Source: an uncultured delta proteobacterium (lineage in GTDB: Bacteria > Desulfobacterota > Binatia > HRBIN30 > BPIQ01). From it: DNA of 64,000 nucleotides. Shown here in pieces: positions 42,880-52,849 of this stretch (position 1 is its first letter; every line of letters begins with the position of its first letter). The stretch is from NCBI GenBank assembly GCA_963761335.1, contig CAVXGR010000015.1, positions 64,001 to 128,000 of the forward strand, written 5' to 3'. The notes under the pieces are model-generated. The model saw only the letters and a list, made by a program, of their open reading frames with translations. It ran no database searches and had not been told where the DNA came from. The translations under genes were made by a program, and so were the position numbers.

Positions 42880-43227
42880 CTATCTTGGCGCGTGCTTTTC
42901 GGCGGCGGCAACTGCCGCGTCGCCCGGGAACGGATGTGAAGCGTTGGTCGCCAAATCGTGGATATACCCCACGATCTTGCCAAAGGTGTTCAGCCGCAGG
43001 ACCTCGAGGAAGTCGATACTGACGTCGTACTCCTGTTCGATCGCCACCTGGAGCTGGACCATCTGCACCGATTCCATCTCGAGCTCCCCGTCGATGGTCG
43101 CCTCTTCCCTGATGGCGCTGCCGGGGATCTCGCACACTTCCTGCAGAAGAGTCGCCAAAAAATCTCGAACTTGCGCTCGGCTGATTCCGGTGTCTCTCTC
43201 TGGCTCAACTGGTTTAGTGCCCGACAT
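42880..43227 (-). CDS. Acyl carrier protein
   Basis: ELEMESVQMVQLQVAIEQEYDVSI matches the ACP helix II pattern (Ser in ES rather than DS); adjacent to the ketosynthase. Confidence 0.8.
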   Translation of the reverse strand: MSGTKPVEPERDTGISRAQVRDFLATLLQEVCEIPGSAIREEATIDGELEMESVQMVQLQVAIEQEYDVSIDFLEVLRLNTFGKIVGYIHDLATNASHPFPGDAAVAAAEKHAPR

Positions 43228-43390
43228 GGTGTCTAGACGACTACGCGACACATCACTTCTAAAGTCAAGACAATTGACAGCGTCCGAAATTCGACATCCC
43301 ATTGTCTTTATAGCTTCGAAACCGCAGGATAAGCCCCATTATTCCAGGCATTTCTTGCGCGTAGGCGTGAGGACAAGCTGCCGGGGGGTG

Positions 43391-43406
43391 CGGCATGTCT
43401 CTTGCT
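43391..43406 (+). promoter_or_regulatory. Sigma54 (-24/-12) promoter upstream of the acyltransferase-kinase genes
   Basis: CGGCATGTCTCTTGCT has exact GG-N10-GC spacing and TTGCT; it ends 72 bp upstream of ATG 43479. Confidence 0.65.
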
Positions 43407-43478
43407 ATGCAGCAGGTAATGGGGTACACGCAGATACTGCAGTCGGCGTGGGCCTTGAGTCAGGGGGAGATCGATGCG

Positions 43479-44102
43479 ATGGGGAGAGGAGAGCTGAAGG
43501 CACCCCTTCTGGATTTTCGCTGTGAAGTCGCGACGGGCGCGGCGATCGACCAGGTGATGGAGATCCGCCGCAAGGTGTACATCGAGGAATTCGGGTTTCG
43601 CCTGGCCGATGGAAGCCCGCGCGATCCTCTCGACGAGCGGTCGTATCAGCTTCTCGCGACCTCGGCGTCAGGAGAAGGAGTGGGCTCTCTTCGATTGACC
43701 GATGCTCCGGCGCGCCCGTTCGAAATCGAAGCCTTTCTCGATCTCACCCCTTTTGTGTCGCCGGATCGACACCCGGCGGAGATCACCCGCCTTTGCATTC
43801 TGCCGCCTTACCGCCGGATCTCTCGAGCGGCGTTCGTGCATCTCGCCATTCTCGATCGTGTCTTGCGGTTGGCTCGCCAATTGGGCGCGACCGACTTCAT
43901 CGCCTCGACGCGCTCCGATTTGAGCGCCTTCTACGAATATCTGCTCTTCGAGACATACCCGGGTGCGGTCTACCAGCATCCGGAGATCGGCGGGGCGGAG
44001 CACACCCTCATGCGGCTGGATCTCACGACCGTGGTCGAGCGGTACAGGCGATTTCGCCCGACGCTCTATCCGGTCGTCGAGGCGGCATGGGAGCCCTGCT
44101 GA
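43479..44102 (+). CDS. GNAT-fold N-acyltransferase (N-acyl amino acid synthase / LuxI-like)
   Basis: IRRKVYIEE, RDPLD, GSLRL, AEITRLCI and FYEYLLF follow the FeeM/LuxI-type pattern; SD GGGGGAG. Confidence 0.75.
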   Translation: MGRGELKAPLLDFRCEVATGAAIDQVMEIRRKVYIEEFGFRLADGSPRDPLDERSYQLLATSASGEGVGSLRLTDAPARPFEIEAFLDLTPFVSPDRHPAEITRLCILPPYRRISRAAFVHLAILDRVLRLARQLGATDFIASTRSDLSAFYEYLLFETYPGAVYQHPEIGGAEHTLMRLDLTTVVERYRRFRPTLYPVVEAAWEPC

Positions 44103-46288
44103 CCCACGAGGGCCAATCGGCGGCGAACCTTGGCATGACTTACCACTGGCTCGTGCCGCTGATCGCGGCGGTTCTGAACGGCGCCCTCGGAGCGGTGGTG
44201 CTCCGCTACAACCCGCGGCATCCACTCAACCGCCTCTTTGCTCTCCTGAGCCTGACCCTGGTTTTCTGGCACCTGGACATCTTTGTCCTGTACTACGTGC
44301 ACGACGCCCAGTCGGCGTTGTACTGGAGCGACGTGTTCCGCGTCGGAACGCTGATGGCGCCCGCCGTCGCGGCGCACATGCTCTTGGTGTTCAGCGAATC
44401 GCGTTCACGGCCGTTGTGGATACTGCTCGGGATCGCCTATGCGCTCGCTATTTTCCTCGTCTTGGCGAACGCCGCGGGTCTCTTGGTCGAGGATCTCCGG
44501 ACGTACAGCTGGGGGTACTACCCGATCGGGACGGACCTGTATCGACTGATCTTCGTGTCGACAGCGTTCGATTTGTCGCTGTTGATGTGGATCCTGATCG
44601 ACGTCGTTCGGACGAGTGAATCGCCGCGCAAGCGTCAGCAGGCCAAGCTGTGGATTGTCGGCTCCGGCATTGCCATTCCGCTGGGGATGACGAATCTCAT
44701 CGCCACCTCGGGCATCCCGTTTTACCCCCTCGGCAACCTCGCCAACGTTGTCTACGCCGGGGTGGTTGCCTACGGGATGCTTCGCTACCGGCTGATGGAC
44801 ATCGACATCGTCATCCGCAAGAGCGGTGCGTATTCGCTGGTCACCCTGCTGCTGATCGTCCCGGCCTTCGCGGTCGCGGTCTGGATGCAGGCACGGGCTT
44901 TCGGCAGAGTCGACGTCGATTTTTCCGCCGGGCTCGGCCTGCTCCTCGTTCTTGTCGCCGTCCTCTTTCCCATGCTGAGGACGCAGACCGAGTCGCGTCT
45001 CGAGGAGTCTCTCTTTCGCGAGAAGCACGAGTACCGGGGGATTCTACAAGAATTCACTCGCTCCATCGTGCGCATTCTCGACCGAGAGAAGCTGATCCGC
45101 CAGCTGACTTCGACCCTCCTGGAGACCCTACAGCTCGACCGCGTGGCCATTGCCCTGCGCGACGACGTCAAGAACAGCCTGTCGGTGGACTACACTCTCG
45201 GTGTCGCGGCGGCGTTGGCGGAGTTTCCCCTCCAGCATGGACTGGTCCGCGCCCTGGAAGGGCACCAGGAGGCAGTGCTTCGAGACGAGCTGGAGGTCAG
45301 TCCCAATGCCTGGGAGAGAACCGAGGCGGCGGATGCCTGTCGCATCAACGGCTGGGAGGTGTGTATCCCCCTCTTTGCAGGCGGCAAGCTGATCGGTTTC
45401 ATGAGCCTGGGGCGCAAGCGCAGCATGGACGCCTTTTTTGCTGAAGACCTCGAGCTACTCGCCATGCTGGCGGCGGAAGCTTCAGTCGCCCTGGAGAATG
45501 CTCGCCTGTATGAGGAGCTCAAGAAGTCGCAGGACATCATCAGGCGCGCCGATCGCCTGTCGGCGCTGGGCACGCTCGCGGCCGGCATCGCCCACGAGAT
45601 CCGCAATCCGCTGGTATCAATCCAGACGTTCTTCCAGCTGGCGCCGCAGCGTTTGAACGATCACGAGTTTCTGACGGAATTTCTCCGCCTCACCTCCGGG
45701 GAGGTGAAGCGAATCACGGATCTGATCACCGAGCTGTTGTCGTTCGCCAAGTCGCCGAGCCCGAGCATGAGCGAGGTCTCCGTGAACGACGTGCTCGAGG
45801 GTGTGGCGCGGCTCGTCGAGCCGCAGGTGCGCAAGTCTCAGATCCAAATCATCAGAGAGCTCTCCGCCGACCTGCCGCTCGTGAGGGCAGATCAGGACCA
45901 ATTGAAGCAGGTCTTTCTCAATGTTCTGCTCAACGCCGCTCAGGCCATGCAGGGTCCGGGTCGGATCATCGTGGCGACGCGGGAGATCAGTCATCACGGC
46001 GAGCAATTTTGTCAGGTTCGGGTCACTGATTCGGGCCAGGGAATTCCCGGCGAGCTACAGGAGCACATCTTCGATCCGTTCTTCAGCACCAAGGAGAAGG
46101 GAACCGGGTTGGGCCTCGCCATTGCGCACCAGATCGTCACCGAGCACGGCGGCTTCATCGTCGTTGACAGTGAAGTCGGGACAGGGACGACATTCTGCAT
46201 CCATCTTCGTCCGGCGGAAGCGAAGACGGGAGGATTGTTCGAGGATCCCCCTCTGCTGGCTGCAGGCGGGCGCCTGAAGCACTGGTGA
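44087..46288 (+). CDS. Sensor histidine kinase with N-terminal 7TM domain and GAF domain, NtrB-type transmitter (start may be 44135)
   Basis: Multi-TM N-terminus; GAF segment (IPL..GKLIGFMSLG..EDLELL..LA.EASVALENARL); HEIRNPL and PFFSTKEKGTGLGL. Confidence 0.92.
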   Translation: MGALLTHEGQSAANLGMTYHWLVPLIAAVLNGALGAVVLRYNPRHPLNRLFALLSLTLVFWHLDIFVLYYVHDAQSALYWSDVFRVGTLMAPAVAAHMLLVFSESRSRPLWILLGIAYALAIFLVLANAAGLLVEDLRTYSWGYYPIGTDLYRLIFVSTAFDLSLLMWILIDVVRTSESPRKRQQAKLWIVGSGIAIPLGMTNLIATSGIPFYPLGNLANVVYAGVVAYGMLRYRLMDIDIVIRKSGAYSLVTLLLIVPAFAVAVWMQARAFGRVDVDFSAGLGLLLVLVAVLFPMLRTQTESRLEESLFREKHEYRGILQEFTRSIVRILDREKLIRQLTSTLLETLQLDRVAIALRDDVKNSLSVDYTLGVAAALAEFPLQHGLVRALEGHQEAVLRDELEVSPNAWERTEAADACRINGWEVCIPLFAGGKLIGFMSLGRKRSMDAFFAEDLELLAMLAAEASVALENARLYEELKKSQDIIRRADRLSALGTLAAGIAHEIRNPLVSIQTFFQLAPQRLNDHEFLTEFLRLTSGEVKRITDLITELLSFAKSPSPSMSEVSVNDVLEGVARLVEPQVRKSQIQIIRELSADLPLVRADQDQLKQVFLNVLLNAAQAMQGPGRIIVATREISHHGEQFCQVRVTDSGQGIPGELQEHIFDPFFSTKEKGTGLGLAIAHQIVTEHGGFIVVDSEVGTGTTFCIHLRPAEAKTGGLFEDPPLLAAGGRLKHW

Positions 46289-46342
46289 GACGCTGATATT
46301 GCTCGCGGCGCGAATCGCGCCGTGAGGAGCCGCGCGCGGCTC

Positions 46343-47719
46343 TCAACCCCCCGCGGCCGGATGAGCCGCCGGAGCCGCAAGCGGCAGCATCGTCAGCTTG
46401 GGCGTGACGTGGTCGTGGAGCCAGTGCGGATCCCACCACTCGACGGGATCGACGTGGGTGCCGTACAGCATCACGGAGAAGTGCAGGTGGTCGCCGCCCG
46501 CGAGACCGGTCTCCCCGGTCTGGCCGAGCGTCTGTGCGGTCTTGACGAAGTCTCCCGGCTTGACGGCGAGGCTGCTGAGGTGTCCGTACAGGGAGAAGAT
46601 ACCGAGGCCGTGATCGATGATCACGGCGTTTCCGTAGATGCCGAGATTGCCGGCATGCACCACGTAACCGTTCTGCGCCGCCTCGACATCGGCGCGCTTC
46701 AGCGAGGCGAGGTCGTAGCCGAGGTGCGTCTGATGGTCGATGACGGCACCCTTGTAGGTGTAGGTGCGGCGGTCGGCGAAGGAGCTCAGCGGCGCCGCGT
46801 TCGACTGGCGGTGGAAGGCGCCGTCCCAGAGGGGCTGCGGGCGCGAGTGCGCGGTGATCTCGTGGATCTGCTCCTCGTTGCGCTTGCGCAGCTCGCCGTT
46901 GATGAAGACGTAGCCCTGCACCAGATCGGGAGTGGCGGGGAGCTGGTTCACCCGCTGCATCTCGGGGACGACTCGCGCCACAAAGGCATCGCTGATGTCG
47001 AGAGTGCGCTCGGCGAAGTGCCGCGGCTTGATGCGCACCGGCAGGTCCACCTCGACCTCGTTGCCGGCGGCGTCCCGCGCCACCACGTGCGGCTGCGCGT
47101 CGATGTCGAGATCCTGGGGGATGGCGAAGAACGCCAGGGCGACGTTGCCGTCGGCAAAGTGGCCGGTGGTCGCGGGAAAGTAGTAGTGGTCGACCTGGAT
47201 GCCGCTGGCCACCGTATCCGGCGACTGGCGAAAGACGGCCAGCTCGACGCCGCCCAGACGCACGTTGTGCTGAGTGGTCAGCAGCTCGAGTCGGGGCGGT
47301 GTGACGTCCACGGTCACCGGGACCGAGGCGATCTGGCGCGGTGGCTGAGGCCAGAGATGCCAGGACCAGGTGTCGGCGAGCACCTGCAGGGCCGCCGGAC
47401 CTTCCGCCACCTTCAGCGCGCTCAGGTCGGGCTCGACATGGAGCCGCACCGCGGTGATGCCACTACCGCGCCAGGTGACCTTCGGGTAATCCTGCCGCAG
47501 CAGCTCGTACGAGACGCCGCCGGCCTCCAAGCGAACGCTGACCGTTCGCAGCCCGGTCGCTCCTGCACTCACCTCGAAATCGACCGGAGTACGCCTTCCG
47601 AGCACCTGCACCGGAGAGGCCATGGTCGCCTGCGGCAGGCGGTGCTCGAACTTCAACCACCAGGCGCCGACCGCAACGACCACTGCAATGAGGAAGAGGA
47701 AGAAGGTGGCGCGCATCAC
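46343..47719 (-). CDS. M23-family metallopeptidase, membrane-anchored
   Basis: HLGYD (HxxxD), YGHLS and HLHF (HxH); N-terminal TM helix. Confidence 0.92.
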   Translation of the reverse strand: MMRATFFLFLIAVVVAVGAWWLKFEHRLPQATMASPVQVLGRRTPVDFEVSAGATGLRTVSVRLEAGGVSYELLRQDYPKVTWRGSGITAVRLHVEPDLSALKVAEGPAALQVLADTWSWHLWPQPPRQIASVPVTVDVTPPRLELLTTQHNVRLGGVELAVFRQSPDTVASGIQVDHYYFPATTGHFADGNVALAFFAIPQDLDIDAQPHVVARDAAGNEVEVDLPVRIKPRHFAERTLDISDAFVARVVPEMQRVNQLPATPDLVQGYVFINGELRKRNEEQIHEITAHSRPQPLWDGAFHRQSNAAPLSSFADRRTYTYKGAVIDHQTHLGYDLASLKRADVEAAQNGYVVHAGNLGIYGNAVIIDHGLGIFSLYGHLSSLAVKPGDFVKTAQTLGQTGETGLAGGDHLHFSVMLYGTHVDPVEWWDPHWLHDHVTPKLTMLPLAAPAAHPAAGG

Positions 47720-48092
47720 CGGAACCCGAACACGTGACGCATGCAGTCGTTGTGATGTGCGCTGGCGGTGAAGTCAACTCGCGGGCGCCGGAAGGGGCGC
47801 TTGGGGTCGACCCCGAGCAGGGTTGTACTCATTCGGTAGACTTCCGGATCGATGCGGGCGGGCGCATGGTGCCCACGCCTTCTGCCGGTGCACGCGGAGG
47901 TGGGCTCCGGCGGCTGGCATCGGAGCTGCATTACCTTTCTGCTCGTCAGCGTGGTCACCTCCCCTGAGGCGGTGGGCGAGGCCAGGGACGGCCGAGAGTT
48001 CGCGACGGCCTGCGCAGGACGAGCGGGTAGGACGGCGCACCGCCGAGGGGGAGACCACGCTGACTTCGCCGGCGAGCTCGCCCCTCGCCGGC

Positions 48093-49148
48093 TCAGCGCG
48101 GGGCGTCTCCAGCGCGGGCGAGGTGTGTGGTGCAGGTGTGCAGCGGTCCGCCCTCGAGGCGGGTGGCGACGGTGGGATCGCGCCGCAGGAGGTCGGACAC
48201 GGTCACAGCCTGCCAGCCGCTCTCCTCGATGATGCGCAAGATCGTCGGCAGGGCCTCGGCGGTCACCCAGCGGTTGGTGTGCAGCAGGATGACGGCGCCG
48301 GGCCCGAGGTTTCGCTGTACCTGCGCCACCACCTCCTTGGCGTCGTGCGTGCGGCTGAGGGCGTCCTGCCCCGAGGCGGTCCATCCGGCGAGCTGGTAGC
48401 CGTAGCGCTCCGCCAGCTGCGCCGCCGGCTCGTCGATGCAGCCGTATGGCGGCCGGAAGAGTGGCGCGATCGGCGTGCCGGTCTCGCGCAGGACGATGTC
48501 CGCCACTTCGTGGAGCTCGTCGCGGAGCTCGCGCGGCGAGCGATTCTCGAAGGGCGCGTGCGTCAGTGAGTGATTCGCCACCTCGTGCCCGGCCTCGACC
48601 ATGCGCCGCAGCGGCTCGGGGTTGGCGCGCGCCCACGAGCCGACGACAAAGAAGGTCGAGTGGACCTGGTAGTCGCGCAGAATGCGAAGAACGGCATCGA
48701 GCGTGCGGTGGGCCTCCCTGCCGTTGGGAATCTCGGTGTCGAAGGTGACGGCGATATATGGCGGATGGGTGACCCTGCCGAAGTGCGACGGCGGCTGCTG
48801 GTAGCGCGGTGGCCGGGCGTACGCCAGCTCGGCTGTGTCTGCGGCCGGCGCCGATTCCGCCAGCGCTACGCCCGGGCGCGGGACGTAGCTCGCCTCGACC
48901 TGCAGGAGAGTGTGACTCGTCGGGTGAGGCCGATAGCGCGTCTCGATCTCCAGGGCAAAGCCGTGGTGGTCGAGAGGGCGGCTCGCCCCTGGCAGCGACG
49001 CTGCGAACGGCTCCGCACCCGGGAACTCGACGTGCCGTGCCGCCAAGCTCGCGGCTGCCGCGAGCAGCAAGAGGGCACAGCCCGCCCACATGCTATGGCG
49101 CGGCCGCGCGCTCAGTCGCCTCCGCATCCTCGCCTTCCACACAACCAC
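48093..49148 (-). CDS. Polysaccharide deacetylase (NodB/CE4 family)
   Basis: VTFD, TFFVVG, GHEVANHSLTH, FRPPYG and ILLH motifs; motif 1 reads TFDT rather than TFDD. Confidence 0.85.
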   Translation of the reverse strand: MVVWKARMRRRLSARPRHSMWAGCALLLLAAAASLAARHVEFPGAEPFAASLPGASRPLDHHGFALEIETRYRPHPTSHTLLQVEASYVPRPGVALAESAPAADTAELAYARPPRYQQPPSHFGRVTHPPYIAVTFDTEIPNGREAHRTLDAVLRILRDYQVHSTFFVVGSWARANPEPLRRMVEAGHEVANHSLTHAPFENRSPRELRDELHEVADIVLRETGTPIAPLFRPPYGCIDEPAAQLAERYGYQLAGWTASGQDALSRTHDAKEVVAQVQRNLGPGAVILLHTNRWVTAEALPTILRIIEESGWQAVTVSDLLRRDPTVATRLEGGPLHTCTTHLARAGDAPR

Positions 49149-49386
49149 CCCGCGTCCTCATAACTGACCCGGGCGTCGGTTTGCAAGGGCTCGGCTGCGG
49201 CCAGCGCCTCCGTCCCTCGGTGATCCACAGCTCGGCCTGCGGCGCGGGACGCGGCGGAACGGGCATTTACGCGAGCCACCGTTCCAGATATGAGCTATTC
49301 GGGCGCCGTTGGGAACCGCGAATTTTCGCGTGGCGGTCTTGCCGCGGCGGCGCCGGAGACCCTGAGGCCAGGGAAGGAGCGGGGAC

Positions 49387-50532
49387 ATGTCACAGGCGCG
49401 GGATACCGCGTGGGGACCGTGGCTGGCGTTGCGCATGGTGCGCGGCGTCGGCAGTGTCGTCTACCGCTCACTGCTGCGCGAGCTCGGCGACCCGGCCGCG
49501 GTGCTGGCGGCCGGAGCGCGGCGTCTCGAGGCGGTCGGGGTGCGTCCGGAGGTTGCCCGGGCGATTGCCGCCTTCGACGGCTGGGAGGCTGTGGAGAGTC
49601 AGCTGCGCCGCCTCGAGCGCAGTCGCGCGCGGCTGCTCACGTGGGTGGATGAGAGCTATCCCGCCAGTCTCCAGGAAATTCACGACCCGCCACCTTTCTT
49701 GTTTCTTTTCGGCGACTTACTGCCTGAAGACCAGGTGGCGGTGGCGGTCGTCGGCTCGCGCTCGCCGAGCCCTTACGGCCGCCAGATGACGCGGGCGCTG
49801 TGCGCCGGCCTGGCGCGATTGGGGATCACCGTGGTCTCCGGCCTGGCGCGCGGAATCGATGCCGAAGCGCACCAGGCGACGCTGCGCGGCGGGGGCCGCA
49901 CCATCGCCATTCTGGGCTCGGGGATTGACGTGGTGTACCCCGGTGAGCATCATGGACTGTTCCGAGCCATCGCACAGAACGGGGCAGTCATGACGGAGTA
50001 CCTGATGGGGGTTACGCCCGAAGCCGAGAACTTTCCGAGCCGCAATCGCATCATCAGCGGTCTGTCCCTGGGGACACTGGTGGTCGAGGCCACCGAGCGC
50101 AGCGGCTCGCTGATCACCGCCCAATACGCCCTCGAGCAGGGGCGGGAGGTGTTTGCCGTCCCCGGCCCGGTGGGGGCCCGCAGCCGCGGGCCGCACCAGC
50201 TCATCAAGCAGGGGGCCAAGCTGAGCGAGCGCGTCGAGGACGTCGTCGAGGAGATCGCGCCGCAGCTGCTGCCGCGAGTGCGGCGGGCCGACCTGCCCCT
50301 GGCCGAGCCGACCGAGCTCGAGCGCCAGGTGCTCGAGCAGCTGAGCGAAGAGCCCACGCACGTGGATTCGATCATCGGGCGCAGCGGTCTGGCGGCGCCG
50401 CAGATCCTCGGGGCGCTGTCCTCGCTCGAGGTGAAGGGCTGGGTGCGGCAGCAGCCCGGTAAGCTCTTCGCTGCCGTCGAGCTGCCGCGCGACCGCCCAT
50501 CGGCCCTGCGCCAAGCCCCGGAGGTGCGCTGA
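49387..50532 (+). CDS. dprA: DNA-processing protein DprA
   Basis: VVGSR, VSGLARGID and FPSRNRIISGLS motifs; upstream of topA. Confidence 0.96.
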   Translation: MSQARDTAWGPWLALRMVRGVGSVVYRSLLRELGDPAAVLAAGARRLEAVGVRPEVARAIAAFDGWEAVESQLRRLERSRARLLTWVDESYPASLQEIHDPPPFLFLFGDLLPEDQVAVAVVGSRSPSPYGRQMTRALCAGLARLGITVVSGLARGIDAEAHQATLRGGGRTIAILGSGIDVVYPGEHHGLFRAIAQNGAVMTEYLMGVTPEAENFPSRNRIISGLSLGTLVVEATERSGSLITAQYALEQGREVFAVPGPVGARSRGPHQLIKQGAKLSERVEDVVEEIAPQLLPRVRRADLPLAEPTELERQVLEQLSEEPTHVDSIIGRSGLAAPQILGALSSLEVKGWVRQQPGKLFAAVELPRDRPSALRQAPEVR

Positions 50533-50533
50533 G

Positions 50534-52849
50534 ATGGCAAAGAATCTGGTGATCGTCGAGTCGCCGGCAAAGGCGAAGACGCTGCAGAAATACCTGGGGC
50601 GGGACTATCAGGTGAAAGCTTCGGTGGGTCACATCCTGGATCTGCCGAAGAGCAAGCTGGGGGTGGAGATCGAGAACGACTTCCGACCCGAGTACACAGT
50701 GATCCACGGCAAGAAGAAGATCATCGACGAGCTCCGCGAGGCGGCGAAAGGCAAGGAGAACATCTTTCTGGCGCCCGATCCGGATCGCGAGGGCGAGGCC
50801 ATCGCCTGGCACATCGCCGAGAAGATCGGCGGCCGCGGCAAGGGCAAGAAAAGCAACATCCACCGCGTGCTGTTCAATGAGATCACCAAGAACGCGGTGC
50901 AGAAAGCGATCAAGGAGCCGCGCGAGCTCGACCGCGACCTGTACGAGGCGCAACAGACCCGCCGTATTCTCGACCGCCTGGTCGGCTACCAGATCTCGCC
51001 GCTGCTGTGGAAGAAGGTGCGCCGCGGGCTCTCCGCCGGACGGGTGCAGTCGGTGGCGGTTCGCCTCATCTGTGAACGGGAGAACGAGATCCGCGCCTTT
51101 CAGCCGGTCGAGTACTGGTCGATCACGGCGCGGCTCGAGGGGCAGAACCCGCCGCCCTTCGAGGCTCGCCTGCTGCGCATCGGCGACCAGCGCCTCGACC
51201 CGGAGAAGTTCCGCGTCGAGAACGAGGCCGCGGCCGCCGAGCTGGTGTCGCGGCTGCGCTCCGAGCCGTGGACGGTCACCAAGATCGAGCGCAAGGAGCG
51301 GCGGCGCAACCCGGCGCCGCCGTTCATCACCTCGCGCCTGCAGCAGGAGGCGTCGCGCAAGCTCGGCTTCTCGCCGAGCCGCACCATGCGCGCCGCCCAG
51401 CACCTGTACGAGGGGATCGAGCTCGGCTCCGAGGGTGCGGTCGGATTGATCACCTACATGCGCACCGATTCGACGCGCGTTTCCCCGGAGGCGATCGGCG
51501 CGGTGCGCGGTCTGATCGGCGAGCGCTACGGAAAGGAGTATCTGCCGGAGAATCCGGTGACCTACTCCACCAAGAAAGGGGCGCAGGACGCCCACGAGGC
51601 CATCCGGCCGACCTCGATGGAGTACCCGCCCGAGCGGCTCTCCGGCTCTCTCGGCAAGGACGAGATGGCGCTCTACAATCTCGTCTGGAACCGCTTCGTC
51701 GCCAGCCAGATGATGCCCGCCGTATTCGATCACACCGCCGTGGACATCGAGGCCGACGGGACGACGTTTCGCGCCACCGGTCAGGTGATGAAGTTCGACG
51801 GCTTCATCCGCGTGTACACCGAAGGTCGCGACGACGAGAAGAAGGGGGAGGACGACGAGGAGAACGAGGCGGAGCGCCGACTGCCGCTGCTGCAGGAGGG
51901 CGAGAAGCTGCGCCTCCACGAGCTGCTTCCGGAGCAGCACTTCACGCAGCCGCCGCCGCGCTTCACCCAGGCGGCGCTGATCAAGGAGCTCGAGGAGAAG
52001 GGCATCGGTCGGCCGTCGACCTACGCCAGCATCGTCTCCACCATTCTCAACAAGGAGTATGTCAGTGAGGACAAGCAGCGGCGCCTGCGCCCGACCGAGC
52101 TCGGCTTCTTGGTGACCGAGCTGCTGGTCGACGCCTTTCCCGACGTGCTCAACGTCGAGTTCACCGCCGGCATGGAGAGCACTCTCGACGAGATCGAGGA
52201 GGGACGGCAGAAGTGGGTCGAGGCGATGCGGCGCTTCTACGAGCCGTTCTCGCGCGACCTGGCCTCGGCGGACGAACGCATGCGCAACGTCAAGGCCGAG
52301 GGCCAGCCGACGGAGATCGCCTGTGCGCAGTGCGGCTCGAAGATGGTGATCAAGTGGGGCCGCTCCGGTGAGTTCCTCGCCTGCCCGCGCTACCCGGAGT
52401 GCAAGAACACCAGCAACTTCGTGCGCGACGAGGAGGGCAACCTCAAGGTTGCCGAGGAGGAGGTCACCAACGAGGTGTGCGAGAACTGCGGCCGGCCGAT
52501 GCAGGTGCGCTTCGGGCGCTACGGCAAGTTTCTCGGCTGCTCGGGTTATCCGGAATGCAAGACGGTGCGCTCGCTGACGCGGCCGGTGCCGACCGGGGTG
52601 GCCTGCCCGGAGTGCAAGCAGGGTGAGGTCATGGAGAAGCGCTCGCGCCGCGGCAAGGTGTTCTACAGCTGCAATCGCTTTCCCAACTGCCGCTTTGCCA
52701 CCTGGGACCGGCCGATTCCCGAGGCCTGTCCGCAGTGCAGCGCGCCGTTCCTGGTCGAGAAGACCACCAAGCGCGCCGGCACCGTGCGGCGTTGCCTGAG
52801 TGAGGGCTGCGACTACCAGGAAACGGTTGCCGAGGCGGAGGCGGTGTGA
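50534..52849 (+). CDS. topA: DNA topoisomerase I
   Basis: [24 protein letters not shown] and ITYMRTDS motifs; C-terminal Zn ribbons. Confidence 0.98.
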   Translation: MAKNLVIVESPAKAKTLQKYLGRDYQVKASVGHILDLPKSKLGVEIENDFRPEYTVIHGKKKIIDELREAAKGKENIFLAPDPDREGEAIAWHIAEKIGGRGKGKKSNIHRVLFNEITKNAVQKAIKEPRELDRDLYEAQQTRRILDRLVGYQISPLLWKKVRRGLSAGRVQSVAVRLICERENEIRAFQPVEYWSITARLEGQNPPPFEARLLRIGDQRLDPEKFRVENEAAAAELVSRLRSEPWTVTKIERKERRRNPAPPFITSRLQQEASRKLGFSPSRTMRAAQHLYEGIELGSEGAVGLITYMRTDSTRVSPEAIGAVRGLIGERYGKEYLPENPVTYSTKKGAQDAHEAIRPTSMEYPPERLSGSLGKDEMALYNLVWNRFVASQMMPAVFDHTAVDIEADGTTFRATGQVMKFDGFIRVYTEGRDDEKKGEDDEENEAERRLPLLQEGEKLRLHELLPEQHFTQPPPRFTQAALIKELEEKGIGRPSTYASIVSTILNKEYVSEDKQRRLRPTELGFLVTELLVDAFPDVLNVEFTAGMESTLDEIEEGRQKWVEAMRRFYEPFSRDLASADERMRNVKAEGQPTEIACAQCGSKMVIKWGRSGEFLACPRYPECKNTSNFVRDEEGNLKVAEEEVTNEVCENCGRPMQVRFGRYGKFLGCSGYPECKTVRSLTRPVPTGVACPECKQGEVMEKRSRRGKVFYSCNRFPNCRFATWDRPIPEACPQCSAPFLVEKTTKRAGTVRRCLSEGCDYQETVAEAEAV

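Noticed and set aside
43395..43478. Longer start for the acyltransferase, and the 43793 start for the kinase
   Set aside because: The first overlaps the sigma54 motif and the second overlaps the acyltransferase by about 300 bp; downstream ATGs fit better.
39000..46340. Signal locus as a mobile genomic island
   Set aside because: No integrase, transposase, tRNA or flanking direct repeats seen; only a mild drop in GC.
47720..48092. About 370-bp gap that might hold an ncRNA or small ORF
   Set aside because: I found no tRNA, tmRNA, RNase P, SRP or riboswitch signature, and the candidate ORFs are unconvincing. An Infernal/Rfam scan would decide.
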